DNA from: Candidatus Hodarchaeaceae archaeon
GTDB taxonomy: Archaea; Hadarchaeota; Hadarchaeia; Hadarchaeales; Hadarchaeaceae
Direction of reading: 5' to 3'
Assembly: GCA_030018135.1 (NCBI GenBank)
Contig: JASEGJ010000003.1
Span: forward strand, 7,633-71,632
Length of the DNA: 64,000 nucleotides
The notes below the pieces were generated by a model that did not search any database, was not told where the DNA came from, and saw only the letters and a program-made list of their open reading frames with translations. Every line of letters begins with the position of its first letter. The stretch's first letter is position 1. A program made the translations under genes and the position numbers. Of this stretch, positions 1 to 10,413 are shown in pieces.

Positions 1-185
1 TCCCCGAGTTCCTCGACCACACGATGGGTTATCAATACAAGCCCGATATCCCCGCGCGCGAAGAGTTCCCTAAGTTTGGCGAGCGTTTCTCCCTTTTCAA
101 CGTGGACGTGAGTGTAGGGCACGCTAGCTAGGGCAAAGCCAGTTACGGTATCCACATCGCCGACTGCAGCTATATTATAGCTCAA
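1..185 (-). CDS. atpF: A-type ATP synthase subunit F, partial (runs off window start)
   Basis: Minus-strand translation of 1-185 reads ..IAAVGDVDTVTGFALASVPYTHVHVEKGETLAKLRELFARGDIGLVLITHRVVEELG, the typical AtpF N-terminus. Candidate TTG start at 185-183 just past the atpC stop. Absent from the ORF track because truncated. Confidence 0.5.
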   Translation of the reverse strand, partial: MSYNIAAVGDVDTVTGFALASVPYTHVHVEKGETLAKLRELFARGDIGLVLITHRVVEELG

Positions 186-1314
186 TTTTAGGTACCCTCA
201 CTAACATCTCTTTGATTTTTTCTGGCTCGACCTTATCGACCTTAAGCCTCATAATCGTGCGCAAGTTCCTGATCTCCGCTTCCTTCGCGTAAACGTGGGC
301 GAGTACTGGGGCCAGGCTGAGCAATTTTACAATCGACATCCATTTACAGATTTTGAGTTGTCCCTCGTCGAGCGCCTTTTCCATCGCCAATAGCGAACCC
401 GTGGCCTCAAATTGGGGCAGGGCCCCCGACAGGATCGGCCCATATGAAGTGTGGGATATCACATCGATGGAGGAAGGGACATCGTCGGCAAGGATCATGG
501 ACCTCAACATCTCGTCCGATAGCTCACAGGATGGCCTAATTACATACTTATCGATTTCATCGGGCGGTATTCCTTCTTTTTTGAGTCGCAGGATCAACTT
601 TATGTTTACTGCATCTATCTCGTAACCGACCACCGCCCTCAAGACCGAGCGCTGGGCCTTCTTCCTCAATACCTCAGTCCATAGGCTCGAGTAATAATGC
701 TTGTCCAAAGCCGAGGTCAGAGCAATTAATCCCCTCTTTTTATAGTCTTCAAGGGCCGCGGAAATGACATCGAAGTATTCCGTCCCCTCTATGTACTTGA
801 GGAGTTCCTCGAAGCTTTCCGCCGCCGCCAATAGCTCAAGCCTGCTAGGGGGGGAGGTCGGGGAGGGGATCATCTCCCTCATCCTTTCTTCCTTGGGGAC
901 CTTGTTATGGATCGCGGCAAGCAACGTTTTAAGGTTCCAGAGGTCTATTCTTTGAATCAATCTCGCGATGGCCCCCCTTCCTTCCTTGGGTACCATTTGA
1001 AGGAGCTCTTGGTAGCGCACGCTGAGGCTTGCCTTTAGGGCCCGCTCGACTGCGACCACATCCACTTCTTCAACCCTTGGGACATCCACAAGGTGGGGGC
1101 CGTAATCTGTGTCGTCCAAGCCAGATAGGATGTTCACGACCCTTGCGGCATCCGCGAACTCGAGCAGGCGAGCCTCCGGGATGGACCTCGCCTCCCAAGC
1201 GCTGATCTTCGCGCTACAATAGACATAGGGTATCGTGCGCCTGGCGTGCGTGATGACAAAAACAAAAAAAATGGTTATGAGCGCGGACACGATCATTAAA
1301 GCTAAGGTGTTCAT
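175..1314 (-). CDS. atpC: A-type ATP synthase subunit C (V-type d-like)
   Basis: 379 aa. Position between atpE and atpF; size and helical character typical of archaeal AtpC. Confidence 0.8.
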   Translation of the reverse strand: MNTLALMIVSALITIFFVFVITHARRTIPYVYCSAKISAWEARSIPEARLLEFADAARVVNILSGLDDTDYGPHLVDVPRVEEVDVVAVERALKASLSVRYQELLQMVPKEGRGAIARLIQRIDLWNLKTLLAAIHNKVPKEERMREMIPSPTSPPSRLELLAAAESFEELLKYIEGTEYFDVISAALEDYKKRGLIALTSALDKHYYSSLWTEVLRKKAQRSVLRAVVGYEIDAVNIKLILRLKKEGIPPDEIDKYVIRPSCELSDEMLRSMILADDVPSSIDVISHTSYGPILSGALPQFEATGSLLAMEKALDEGQLKICKWMSIVKLLSLAPVLAHVYAKEAEIRNLRTIMRLKVDKVEPEKIKEMLVRVPKIEL

Positions 1315-1961
1315 GTAGACCCTTCGAAGAGAATCTTTGCTACCCTCACCCGCAGAGCCTCGAATTCCCTTTCCATTCTAGCCTCCAAAGTGTCGTCGAC
1401 CTCCATCTTCCGATCAGGCGTTCCAACCCTGACCCCACCGATGGTTTGAATTGGTTCACCGAAAGAGATACTTACTGGCCTATCTGCCGCCACCACGCGA
1501 GCGAGCTCGCCCTCATTTTTTTTGAGGAGCTTTAAGTCCCGTTTGTTGGCGTATATAACCGAGTTGTCCGAACCGAGTTTTTTGCACGCGCCTATGGCGA
1601 TGCGAATGAGGTCCCTCTCGTATTTTTCGGATGATGTATATTCCACAAGCCTCCCCTTCGCGCCTCTGAATACCTCATTTACGAGTTCTTCCCTCCTCCG
1701 GAGCACCTCCTTTTTTGCCCTCATCCGGCCCTCCGCGAGCATTGCCTCATATGTTTGCTTGCCCACCGCCTTCGCCTCCTCTACCTCACGCTCTCCTTCC
1801 TCCCTCGCGGTGAAGCGGGCGGCATCCAAGATGGTCTTTGCTTCCCTTCTTGCGGCTTCGATTATCCTAGCCGATTTTTCGCCCGCCTCTTTGAGTATCT
1901 CATCTACTATCAATTGTGCACCTTTGTCGGCCGGCAAGGTACAACCCCCTTTACCACACAC
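1311..1961 (-). CDS. atpE: A-type ATP synthase subunit E
   Basis: 216 aa, charged coiled-coil N-terminus. Operon position between atpK and atpC. Confidence 0.75.
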   Translation of the reverse strand: MCGKGGCTLPADKGAQLIVDEILKEAGEKSARIIEAARREAKTILDAARFTAREEGEREVEEAKAVGKQTYEAMLAEGRMRAKKEVLRRREELVNEVFRGAKGRLVEYTSSEKYERDLIRIAIGACKKLGSDNSVIYANKRDLKLLKKNEGELARVVAADRPVSISFGEPIQTIGGVRVGTPDRKMEVDDTLEARMEREFEALRVRVAKILFEGST

Positions 1962-2418
1962 CGAGGCTGACCAGCAACAGGAACGTCGCTAGAAAGCCCA
2001 AAATGGCGTAGGTTTCGACCATCACCGTGTACATGATGCACTTGCCGAATACCTCCGGCTTCTTAGCGATTGCAGATACCCCTGCCGTGGCCGTCAATCC
2101 CTGCGCATAAGCCGTGAATCCCTGGAAGATCGCTGGGATGGCTGCAGCAAGCACCGCCAAACCAGCTATGCCCGCCTTCAGTTCCCCTCCAAGCAAGCCG
2201 GTTCCGATGATTATTAACATGCCCGCGATGAAGCCATAGAACCCCTGTGTGCCGGGGAGTATCTCCAGCACGAACGCCTTTGAGAACTTCGTCGGATCCT
2301 CGCTCGTCACCCCTGCCGCCGCGACGCCCGTCATCCCGACGCCTATCGCCGAAAGGACCCCCGGAATTCCGACGGCTAGCCCTGCCGCCAACGCCACCCA
2401 AGTGATGTCGGTTACCAC
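1951..2418 (-). CDS. atpK: A-type ATP synthase proteolipid subunit c/K, duplicated 4-helix form
   Basis: 155 aa, Gly/Ala-rich transmembrane hairpins. Both hairpins keep a helix carboxylate (LEILPGTQG and MVETYAILG). Confidence 0.8.
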   Translation of the reverse strand: MVTDITWVALAAGLAVGIPGVLSAIGVGMTGVAAAGVTSEDPTKFSKAFVLEILPGTQGFYGFIAGMLIIIGTGLLGGELKAGIAGLAVLAAAIPAIFQGFTAYAQGLTATAGVSAIAKKPEVFGKCIMYTVMVETYAILGFLATFLLLVSLGVW

Positions 2419-4478
2419 CTACTCACCCCCTTTAATTTGGTGAACGTCCTTTTAGCTTTAAAGGGAGTGAACCCCAAGCCGCCAGCCTCATAGAACTTGC
2501 CGAAAAACTCCGCGAAATGAAGCCTCATCGTATGGATGAAGCCCCCCAAGCTGCTGATGAAGATGTTGAAGCCATGCCCGGCAACGAACAAAAGCCCAAG
2601 GACGATTAACAATGGGACAGCCAAAATCGCGGAGAGTACGGAAAGCTCGGATGGGAACATGCTACCGTACGCAAATTTGACGACATAATTTACCAAAAAT
2701 GCTATGACGCCCGTCGCGAGCCCTAGCGCCATGAGCCTTGCGTAGGAAACCACATCGGCCACCATACCCACTATGCCGTAAACGACGTTGACCGAGCCGC
2801 CGATTCTCTCCAAGCCGCCCTTTCTGGTCAACATAGCTCCAATCACCCCAATCACCAATCCAAGGTAGAGGAAAATTCGAAATGTTGAGACGATGGGCGC
2901 GGCTGGCGAGAACGGATTGAACGCATCGAATAAATCCATCTTCGGAAATGTGAAATCTATGCCGAACGAGGCCATGCTCATGCCAAGCACGCAAAAGCTC
3001 AGACCGAAGAACCCTATTATGATCAGCCCGCGCGAAACGCGGACGAACATCAAGCTCCTCCAGTCCCTCCTAAATACGTCCTTAAGGGCGCCTGCCACGC
3101 CGAATGCCAATAAGAGGTGGAGGATTCCTATGAATAACGCTAGCTTTAGCAGCGGTATCGGGTTCTCGATCGGGTTTGCCCAGCGGGCCTCGAAAAATGG
3201 ATGGATGCCTGCCAGGGCATCGCCAAACCATCCGCCCATCATAAGGCCAGCAAAAATGGTGAATATAGCGCATAGTACCATCATCCGCTTAAGTTCCCGT
3301 GGAAACACCTTGGCGAACCAAAAGTTTGATGCCATAAATAACCCTAAAATGATGCCGTAGCCAGCGTCAGACAAACAGATGGCGAAAAACATCGCAAAGG
3401 TGATCGTGAGTAGCGGTGTTGGATCAACCTCATCATATTTTGGCAGGCCATACATTTTAGTGACGTACTCAAAGTCTTTAATGCCCTGCGGGTTCTCGAG
3501 CTGGGTCGGGACTATTTCGACCTCCGCGGGTCGAGGTTCATAAGTCCTGACGACGTATTGTCCGTGCGTGGTCGCACCAAGTACCGTTTCAAGCTCTTTC
3601 ATCTTTTTTGCCGGAATCCATCCCTCAAGAACTATGGTGGCATCAGTATAACCAAAAATCCTGCCGCACTCGAGCCTCTCCTTTTGGATTTCAAGAAGTT
3701 CCACCAAACAGTTGATATCCGAAGCCTTGGCTCCCGCTAATTTCCTTATACTTTTTTTGAGTCCTGCCTCCCTTTTCTGTAGTTCAACCAATCGCTTTTC
3801 CAGCGACTTCAGCGCTTTTCGCGGAACCCCTACTACCGGCGGAAGCTCGATAAGTTCAACTTCATATTTATACAAAATCGGCAAAATTTTGGGTTGATCC
3901 CGTGCTCTACAAATTAGAACAACTATTCGCACTTTGCCCTTCCCGAACACTGCTACAAGAACCCTGCGCGATAAAGCATCCCTCGCCGACTTGCAAAGTT
4001 CCAATGCCTTTTCCTCCGCGGTGCGCCCAACTGCAACATAAAATTCCTCGGTTGAGCGAAGGTACTGCAGGAGGAGTTTTATCTCGCGGAGATCCTTGAG
4101 CGCGTCTATTTGGGCAAACAGCTTCTGTCTTTCGTCCTCTATATACTTGCTTTTCGCCTTTAGCGCGTTTAGCTTTGGCTCCAGTTTGCCGAGAGTTTTC
4201 CTCGCCAGTTCTAGGGTCTGCCCGTAGGTTAGCTCCTTGAGCTCGACGGGCCGGCCGTATTGGGGGGTCATTAAAAATTCTTGAATCTCTCTAGCCTTCG
4301 CAAGTAACGATGAAACTCCATAAAATTCATCACCCAATGCTCTACGCGAGAGCTCGATTTCTGAGATCTCTTTAAGCTGAACAACGCCCTCCTCATGCAA
4401 TCCCGACACGACATTATCGCGTGCGCGTTGTAGGACTATTGCACGGAATTTTTGCATTCGAGCCGTTCTAAACATCAT
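2412..4478 (-). CDS. atpI: A-type ATP synthase subunit I (stator a subunit)
   Basis: 688 aa. Soluble coiled-coil N-terminal half plus multi-TM C-terminal half. Operon context. Confidence 0.85.
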   Translation of the reverse strand: MMFRTARMQKFRAIVLQRARDNVVSGLHEEGVVQLKEISEIELSRRALGDEFYGVSSLLAKAREIQEFLMTPQYGRPVELKELTYGQTLELARKTLGKLEPKLNALKAKSKYIEDERQKLFAQIDALKDLREIKLLLQYLRSTEEFYVAVGRTAEEKALELCKSARDALSRRVLVAVFGKGKVRIVVLICRARDQPKILPILYKYEVELIELPPVVGVPRKALKSLEKRLVELQKREAGLKKSIRKLAGAKASDINCLVELLEIQKERLECGRIFGYTDATIVLEGWIPAKKMKELETVLGATTHGQYVVRTYEPRPAEVEIVPTQLENPQGIKDFEYVTKMYGLPKYDEVDPTPLLTITFAMFFAICLSDAGYGIILGLFMASNFWFAKVFPRELKRMMVLCAIFTIFAGLMMGGWFGDALAGIHPFFEARWANPIENPIPLLKLALFIGILHLLLAFGVAGALKDVFRRDWRSLMFVRVSRGLIIIGFFGLSFCVLGMSMASFGIDFTFPKMDLFDAFNPFSPAAPIVSTFRIFLYLGLVIGVIGAMLTRKGGLERIGGSVNVVYGIVGMVADVVSYARLMALGLATGVIAFLVNYVVKFAYGSMFPSELSVLSAILAVPLLIVLGLLFVAGHGFNIFISSLGGFIHTMRLHFAEFFGKFYEAGGLGFTPFKAKRTFTKLKGVSRW

Positions 4479-4479
4479 T

Positions 4480-4815
4480 TCACCGCATGATGGATTCCAA
4501 AATCAGTTTGACGGCGTTCTCATACCTAGCTCTGGCCTTCTTCTCTAGGGCTTGAAGTTGCGTTTGAGTCTTTTTAAGAAGTTCTTGAATGTCCGTCTCA
4601 GCCCTCGACTTAGAGCGCTTGATTACTTCCTCGGCCCTTGCCCTTGCTTCTCCCATGGCCTGTTCTTTTATTCGCTCTGCCTCCGCGCGGGCAGATTCAA
4701 CGATTTTCTTGGCTTCTCTTTGCGCGTCTTCGATTTTTTCCTTTGCTCTCTTCTCGGCCTCGAAAATCGCCTTGATGCTTTCTTCAACCACTGTATCACC
4801 CTCAAGCACGACCAA
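4480..4815 (-). CDS. atpH: A-type ATP synthase subunit H
   Basis: 111 aa, entirely charged coiled coil. First gene of the minus-strand atp unit. Confidence 0.65.
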   Translation of the reverse strand: MVVLEGDTVVEESIKAIFEAEKRAKEKIEDAQREAKKIVESARAEAERIKEQAMGEARARAEEVIKRSKSRAETDIQELLKKTQTQLQALEKKARARYENAVKLILESIMR

Positions 4816-4941
4816 ATCATTTAGGGTTTTTTACTATGGCGCTCATAAACATTCTGATTTAGACTGCTAGCGTTTTTATTCGAGGGCATATTCATAAAAG
4901 CTGGGTCACTAATCATAGCTAGATAAGCCCGGGGTGTAAAA
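4816..4941. promoter_or_regulatory. Divergent intergenic region between atpH (minus) and atpA (plus); AT-rich with TATA-like runs
   Basis: 126-bp non-coding gap containing ttttatt, ttcataaaag and ttttttac runs. RBS ggggtg precedes the atpA TTG start. Confidence 0.4.
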
Positions 4942-6729
4942 TTGGGCAAAATCGTTAGGATTACAGGTCCTGTGGTTATCGCAGACGACATGAAGGGCTC
5001 AGAGATGTATGAGCTCGTAAAGGTGGGCGAGGAGGGACTCATCGGCGAAATAATTGGATTAACTGGCGACAGAGCTACTATTCAGGTATATGAAGAAACA
5101 TCTGGCATAAAACCCGGCGAAAAAGTGGAGGGCACGGGGAAGCCATTATCAGTTGAACTCGGTCCTGGCTTGATCGGAGCCATTTACGATGGTACGCAGA
5201 GACCGCTCACAGTTATTCGAGCGAAGACCGGCGATTTGATAACGCGCGGTATTTCCGCATACGCCTTGCCCCGGGATAAAAAGTGGGGATTTGTGCCAAA
5301 AGTTAAAAAGGGCTCGAATGTCGTCGAGGGCGATGTGCTTGGCACCGTCAAGGAGGGTAAATTGGTCGAACACCGCATCTTGGTGCCTCCCGGGATAAGC
5401 GGCAAGGTGGCCGACATCTCGGAGGGAGCACACAAGGTCGAGGATGTTATAGCAGTGGTTGAGACGGCGAGTGGCGAAAAAAAGATAGCAATGATGCAAA
5501 CGTGGCCCGTGAGGAGGGCTAGGCCGTATAAGGAGAAGCTGGATCCGGTTGAGCCGCTTATATCTGGGCAGCGCGTCATCGATGCTTTTTTCCCGATCGC
5601 AAAAGGGGGAACGGCAGCTATACCCGGTGGATTTGGCACTGGCAAGACGGTCATGCTACATCAGTTCGCAAAGTGGGCCGACGCCGATATCATCGTCTAC
5701 GTCGGCTGTGGCGAGCGTGGTAACGAGATGTGCGATGTCCTCACGCATTTTCCTGAGCTTAAAGATCCCCGAACAGGCGAGTCGTTGATGGAGCGGGTAG
5801 TGCTTATTGCGAATACTTCAAACATGCCAGTCGCTGCAAGGGAGGCAAGCGTCTATACTGGTATCACGATCGCCGAGTACTTCAGGGATATGGGCTACGA
5901 TGTTGCCCTCATGGCCGACTCGACTTCGCGCTGGGCTGAGGCGATGCGTGAGATTTCAGGCAGGCTTGAGGAGATGCCCGGCGAGGAGGGCTTCCCCGCA
6001 TACTTGGCGTCTAGGCTTGCGGAGTTCTACGAGCGCGCCGGTCGCGTGCGGACCATCTGCAGCGGCGATAGAATTGGATCGATCACCGTTGTGGGGGCTG
6101 TTTCACCGCCCGGTGGCGATTTATCTGAACCAGTTTCCCAAAACACCTTGCGCATAGTTAAGGTCTTTTGGGCGCTCGACACCGCTCTAGCCGACCGCCG
6201 TCACTTCCCGGCGATTCATTGGCTGACGAGCTACTCGCTCTACGTTGACGCCATAAAGAATTGGTGGAAGCAAAAGTTTAGTAAGGACTGGAAATCTATG
6301 CGTGACGAGGCCATTGCGATGCTACAAGAGGAGGCCGAACTCGAGGAAATAGTTAAACTAGTCGGACCGGATGCGTTACCCGAGCGGGAGCGAGCGGTAT
6401 TGGAAGCAGCTCGAATAATGCGCGAGGATTTTCTCCAGCAATTTGCATTTCAAGAGGTCGATACTTATTGCCCCGTGGAAAAACAGCTCGGCATGCTCGA
6501 AGGAGTGCTTGAATTTTACCGCAATTGTGTCGAAGCGGCCAAACGCGGCGTCAGCGTAGATGAGATCAGGAAATTACCCATAAAGGATGCCATAGCTGGC
6601 ATGAAAAGGCTTCCGCCGGATAAATTCGAGAGGGAATTCAAATTGCTGAAAAAACAGCTCAAGGAGCAGTTCGCGGTGCTCATGCAAACTAAGAGGGCAC
6701 CCACCGGGGGTAGCGGGCATGACGAATGA
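4942..6729 (+). CDS. atpA: A-type ATP synthase catalytic subunit A (no intein)
   Basis: 595 aa. GPVV motif at N-terminus; Walker A GGFGTGKT; TTG start. Confidence 0.95.
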   Translation: MGKIVRITGPVVIADDMKGSEMYELVKVGEEGLIGEIIGLTGDRATIQVYEETSGIKPGEKVEGTGKPLSVELGPGLIGAIYDGTQRPLTVIRAKTGDLITRGISAYALPRDKKWGFVPKVKKGSNVVEGDVLGTVKEGKLVEHRILVPPGISGKVADISEGAHKVEDVIAVVETASGEKKIAMMQTWPVRRARPYKEKLDPVEPLISGQRVIDAFFPIAKGGTAAIPGGFGTGKTVMLHQFAKWADADIIVYVGCGERGNEMCDVLTHFPELKDPRTGESLMERVVLIANTSNMPVAAREASVYTGITIAEYFRDMGYDVALMADSTSRWAEAMREISGRLEEMPGEEGFPAYLASRLAEFYERAGRVRTICSGDRIGSITVVGAVSPPGGDLSEPVSQNTLRIVKVFWALDTALADRRHFPAIHWLTSYSLYVDAIKNWWKQKFSKDWKSMRDEAIAMLQEEAELEEIVKLVGPDALPERERAVLEAARIMREDFLQQFAFQEVDTYCPVEKQLGMLEGVLEFYRNCVEAAKRGVSVDEIRKLPIKDAIAGMKRLPPDKFEREFKLLKKQLKEQFAVLMQTKRAPTGGSGHDE

Positions 6730-8113
6730 GGCGATAAAGGGTCGGGAATATCGGACCGTCGCGAAGGTTTCTGGTCCGCTGATGGTGGTCGAAGGCGTAA
6801 GCGGCGTCGCGTACGGCGAAGTTGTCGAAATTGTGACACCAACGGGTGAAACCAAAAGAGGACAGGTGCTCGACGCATATGAGGACCGTGCTGTGGTGCA
6901 GGTCTACGAGGGCACCGCGGGAATTGATACCCTCCAAACCCGGGTTAGGTTTACTGGGGGGACCGTTAAATTTGGTATTGGACTTGAGTTGCTTGGTAGG
7001 ATATTCAATGGCAGGGGCATGCCCATAGACGGCGGACCAAATCCCATATTCGAGGACAGGTGGGACGTGCATGGATCACCGATAAATCCGTCGGCGCGCG
7101 AGTATCCAAGCGAGTTTATCCAAACCGGCATTTCTGCCATCGACGGCATGAACACTTTAGTAAGGGGTCAGAAATTGCCGATATTCTCGGGCTCCGGTCT
7201 TCCTCACAATGAATTGGCCGCCCAAATAGCTAGACAATCCAAAGTTCTGGGTGAAGAGGAGCGGTTTGCGGTAGTATTTTGTGGTATGGGCATCACCCAC
7301 GAGGAGGCCGCTTTCTTCATGAAGGACTTCGAACGAACTGGGGCGCTCGAGCGCGCGACCTTATTTCTAAACTTGGCAAACGACCCCGCGATAGAGCGAA
7401 TATTGACGCCCCGGCTGGCGTTAACGACCGCTGAGTACCTCGCGTTCGTCCAAGGCATGCATGTTTTAGTCATCCTAACGGATATCACCAACTACGCGGA
7501 GGCCCTGCGCGAGGTTTCGGCGGCGAGGGGCGAGGTGCCAAGCAGGCGCGGCTATCCGGGCTACCTGTACACGGATTTTGCCACCATCTACGAGCGGGCG
7601 GGGAGGATCAGGGGAAAGAAGGGCTCGATCACGCAGATGCCGATCCTTACTATGCCGGGCGACGACATCACCCACCCAATACCAGACCTAACTGGCTACA
7701 TAACCGAGGGGCAGCTTGTTATGAATCGTGAGCTTCATCACAAGGGCATATACCCACCGATCGATGTTTTACCATCGTTATCCAGGCTCATGAAGGACGG
7801 CATAGGCACCGGTCACACGCGCGAGGACCATAGCGATGTCTCCAACCAACTTTACGCTGCATATGCAGAGGGCAAGGATCTGAGGGCGCTTGTTACGGTC
7901 GTGGGCGAAGAAGCTTTGATCGAACGCGATCGACGTTATTTGGATTTCGCCGAGAGATTTGAGCGAGAGTTCATCAATCAAGGCAGGGATGAGGATCGCC
8001 CAATTGAGGTCACGCTTGAGTTAGGCTGGGAGCTGTTGCGCACGCTGCCCGAAGCTGAACTTAAGCGTATCGATCCTAAATTCATAACTAAGTACTTGCA
8101 TCAGCGGGGTTAG
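6719..8113 (+). CDS. atpB: A-type ATP synthase regulatory subunit B
   Basis: 464 aa. Start overlaps the atpA end; typical AtpB length and conserved core. Confidence 0.95.
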   Translation: MTNEAIKGREYRTVAKVSGPLMVVEGVSGVAYGEVVEIVTPTGETKRGQVLDAYEDRAVVQVYEGTAGIDTLQTRVRFTGGTVKFGIGLELLGRIFNGRGMPIDGGPNPIFEDRWDVHGSPINPSAREYPSEFIQTGISAIDGMNTLVRGQKLPIFSGSGLPHNELAAQIARQSKVLGEEERFAVVFCGMGITHEEAAFFMKDFERTGALERATLFLNLANDPAIERILTPRLALTTAEYLAFVQGMHVLVILTDITNYAEALREVSAARGEVPSRRGYPGYLYTDFATIYERAGRIRGKKGSITQMPILTMPGDDITHPIPDLTGYITEGQLVMNRELHHKGIYPPIDVLPSLSRLMKDGIGTGHTREDHSDVSNQLYAAYAEGKDLRALVTVVGEEALIERDRRYLDFAERFEREFINQGRDEDRPIEVTLELGWELLRTLPEAELKRIDPKFITKYLHQRG

Positions 8114-8114
8114 C

Positions 8115-8531
8115 TTGATAGAAATTCGCAACTTTGAGAGCGACGATATCAATGACTTATTATCGCTTTTGCACACCTGCTTTGATCCGCGCGAGCTTGA
8201 GGGCATAACTTCATTTGACATGCTCGACTGGTACCGCCAGTTCCCGGGCGGTATGAAGGTGGCGGTTTCCGATGGGAATATCGCTGGTTTTGTGTTTGCG
8301 TTCACCTCACGTGGCATCGGCTGGATAACGTTGTTGTGTGTTAAGCCAGAGTTTCGCAGGCGGGAAATTGGCACCCGCTTACTTCAGGCCGCTCTTGCGT
8401 ACCTTTCCACACAGGGCGTTCGTGTGGTCAAGCTGGATGTTGAGCCCGAGAGCCCAGCGGCTGGGCTTTATAAAAAATTTGGCTTCGATGTCGAGCGGAC
8501 CCTGTTGCGCATGCGGAAAAAATTGCGGTGA
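8115..8531 (+). CDS. GNAT family N-acetyltransferase (RimI-like)
   Basis: 138 aa with the acetyl-CoA binding pattern (FRRREIGTRLL ... LYKKFGF). TTG start 2 nt after the atpB stop, so it is co-transcribed with atpAB where atpD would be expected. Confidence 0.65.
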   Translation: MIEIRNFESDDINDLLSLLHTCFDPRELEGITSFDMLDWYRQFPGGMKVAVSDGNIAGFVFAFTSRGIGWITLLCVKPEFRRREIGTRLLQAALAYLSTQGVRVVKLDVEPESPAAGLYKKFGFDVERTLLRMRKKLR

Positions 8532-8680
8532 ATTTTACAAATTTTGAGGGAATCTAAATCGACTCAGCGCGCTCGGGGACTCAAAATCTTCATCACTTGA
8601 ATCAGCTTAGCCAGGCTCGTCATCGCGCGTATCAAAATCTCGCCATAATGATTAAAGCCTTTCGCACAGTGGGCTGGCGC

Positions 8681-9796
8681 TCAGTAAACCTTTTCCACAA
8701 GTTTCTTTGCCTTAGCTTCGGTGCTCTTCCGCTTGGCCTGATGCGCCTTTAAGAACTTCGTCATAAGTTCGATCGCCCGCAACTTGCAATCGCCGCAAAT
8801 TATCGCCCCAGATTTGCATGCCTCCCGCAAATCCAAGAGTTTTTCGTCATTTGGCATGAGGTGATAAACGTAAAGTTTGTATACCGTGCATTTATCGGGG
8901 TCCCCTCCAAGGTTGCGTTGTTCATCGGCCGTCGGCTGTCCGCCCGTAAATGCATCCCTAATTTTTCTTTCCACTTGCTCGGGGCTATCAGTCAGAAATA
9001 TTGCCGTCTCCGGCTTGCTGCTCGACATTTTCTCGCCAGTCAGACCGGGCATGAGGCGGTGATAAGTTGAGGACGGCAGGATAAATCCGAATTCACGTTG
9101 GAACCTTGCTGCGACATCGCGAGCAAGCCTTATGTGTGGGTCTTGGTCGACCCCAACTGGCACAACGGTCGGACAAGGGCCCTCAAATTCGCGTAATTGT
9201 GGATGCAAGATATCTGCTACATCCACCATTGGATAAAATATGTGCGCAATGTTCGAGTTCCCGGCGAAGCCATAAATTGCGCGCGTTTCGCTGAAGTTCA
9301 CCTTTTTCGCCAGCATATACGCCAAGTGGCGCACGGCGTCGCTACGCGACTGAAAGTATACGTTGCACTTGTCGAGGTTTAGGCCAAGCGCCAGATAATT
9401 CGTGAGGTACTCATCAACAGCAAGCCGGCGGGCTTCTTCAAACGGCACATCGCGTGCAGAATATGCCTCGAGATCGGCGACACAAAGGTAAATATTTGCG
9501 CCCCGTTCCTGATACCAGATCAGCTGATCGATGACTAATTTGTGGCCGATATGCATTCGACCGCTGGGCATGAGGCCCGTCATCACGACGAACTTCTTGT
9601 GGGCAAACATCGCATCCAGTACGCGGCCAAAGTCGCGGTGACCAAAGATCACGCGGCGGCGCATAAGATGGTGTGGTTTGGGCATGCGATCGAGCAAACT
9701 CTCAAATGGCTCTATCCCGAACTCCTCCATCAATTTGGCGTAGTCCTTAGGTATGGCTGCACTCCAGGGGTCGATTCTGATTGGCATGCATTTCAC
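8681..9796 (-). CDS. trpS: Tryptophanyl-tRNA synthetase, archaeal type, with C-terminal 4-Cys cluster motif
   Basis: Class I motifs HIGH (GRMHIGH) and KMSSS. C-terminal C-x23-C-x6-C-x2-C. Overlaps the endA stop by 4 nt. Confidence 0.8.
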   Translation of the reverse strand: MKCMPIRIDPWSAAIPKDYAKLMEEFGIEPFESLLDRMPKPHHLMRRRVIFGHRDFGRVLDAMFAHKKFVVMTGLMPSGRMHIGHKLVIDQLIWYQERGANIYLCVADLEAYSARDVPFEEARRLAVDEYLTNYLALGLNLDKCNVYFQSRSDAVRHLAYMLAKKVNFSETRAIYGFAGNSNIAHIFYPMVDVADILHPQLREFEGPCPTVVPVGVDQDPHIRLARDVAARFQREFGFILPSSTYHRLMPGLTGEKMSSSKPETAIFLTDSPEQVERKIRDAFTGGQPTADEQRNLGGDPDKCTVYKLYVYHLMPNDEKLLDLREACKSGAIICGDCKLRAIELMTKFLKAHQAKRKSTEAKAKKLVEKVY

Positions 9797-10332
9797 GGCC
9801 TTTCGCGTTTTAGCGAATAGTAGGTAATATCTCCCTCGTCATCCACTATCGCAAATAACATGTCCTTGCGAACGCTGTGCGCCAATCGCACCGCGCGCGC
9901 GAGTTCGGTCGGCGTCAGTTTGGTGCCCTCCGGTACCGCATGGACTATATACTTTGAGTGCGTTTCGCCCGGCTTCTCACCGCGTTCGTAGACGCGAAAG
10001 TGTGCCCCAAACTTTAGCCCGGTCTTAACCACATAGCCGCGCGAGCGCATGTCCGCGTACACCAAGTACTTAAGCATCAAATCCGGATCGCGCTTTGTCA
10101 ACCTCGCTAGGAGCTCATCAAACCTGATTTGCTCGCCCATATCGTGGTCGATCACGTGGATTTTGCCACCCTCGAGGAGGTAGAGCGCCTCCAATGGTGC
10201 CAGCTGGAGCTTGCCGCCCGAAAGCGGCTTGCCAAAAGACCCCCGCTGGTAAAGTTGGTTTGCCTGAGCCTCGTCCCAAACCATTACCTTGTCCTTGTAC
10301 AGGTAAGCCTCGACAGGGATTTCGGCTTCCAT
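9793..10332 (-). CDS. endA: tRNA-splicing (tRNA-intron) endonuclease
   Basis: 179 aa. Catalytic region YLVYADMRSRGYVVKTGLKFGAHFRVYE and HSKYIVH (Tyr/His/Lys triad). Confidence 0.85.
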   Translation of the reverse strand: MEAEIPVEAYLYKDKVMVWDEAQANQLYQRGSFGKPLSGGKLQLAPLEALYLLEGGKIHVIDHDMGEQIRFDELLARLTKRDPDLMLKYLVYADMRSRGYVVKTGLKFGAHFRVYERGEKPGETHSKYIVHAVPEGTKLTPTELARAVRLAHSVRKDMLFAIVDDEGDITYYSLKRERP

Positions 10333-10413
10333 ACCGTCCCCTCTTACACTATCTAATGCATGTTAAGAAGTTTTTGATGCGAGACGCGGGTCAAGATTGG
10401 CCCCACTGTGCCC

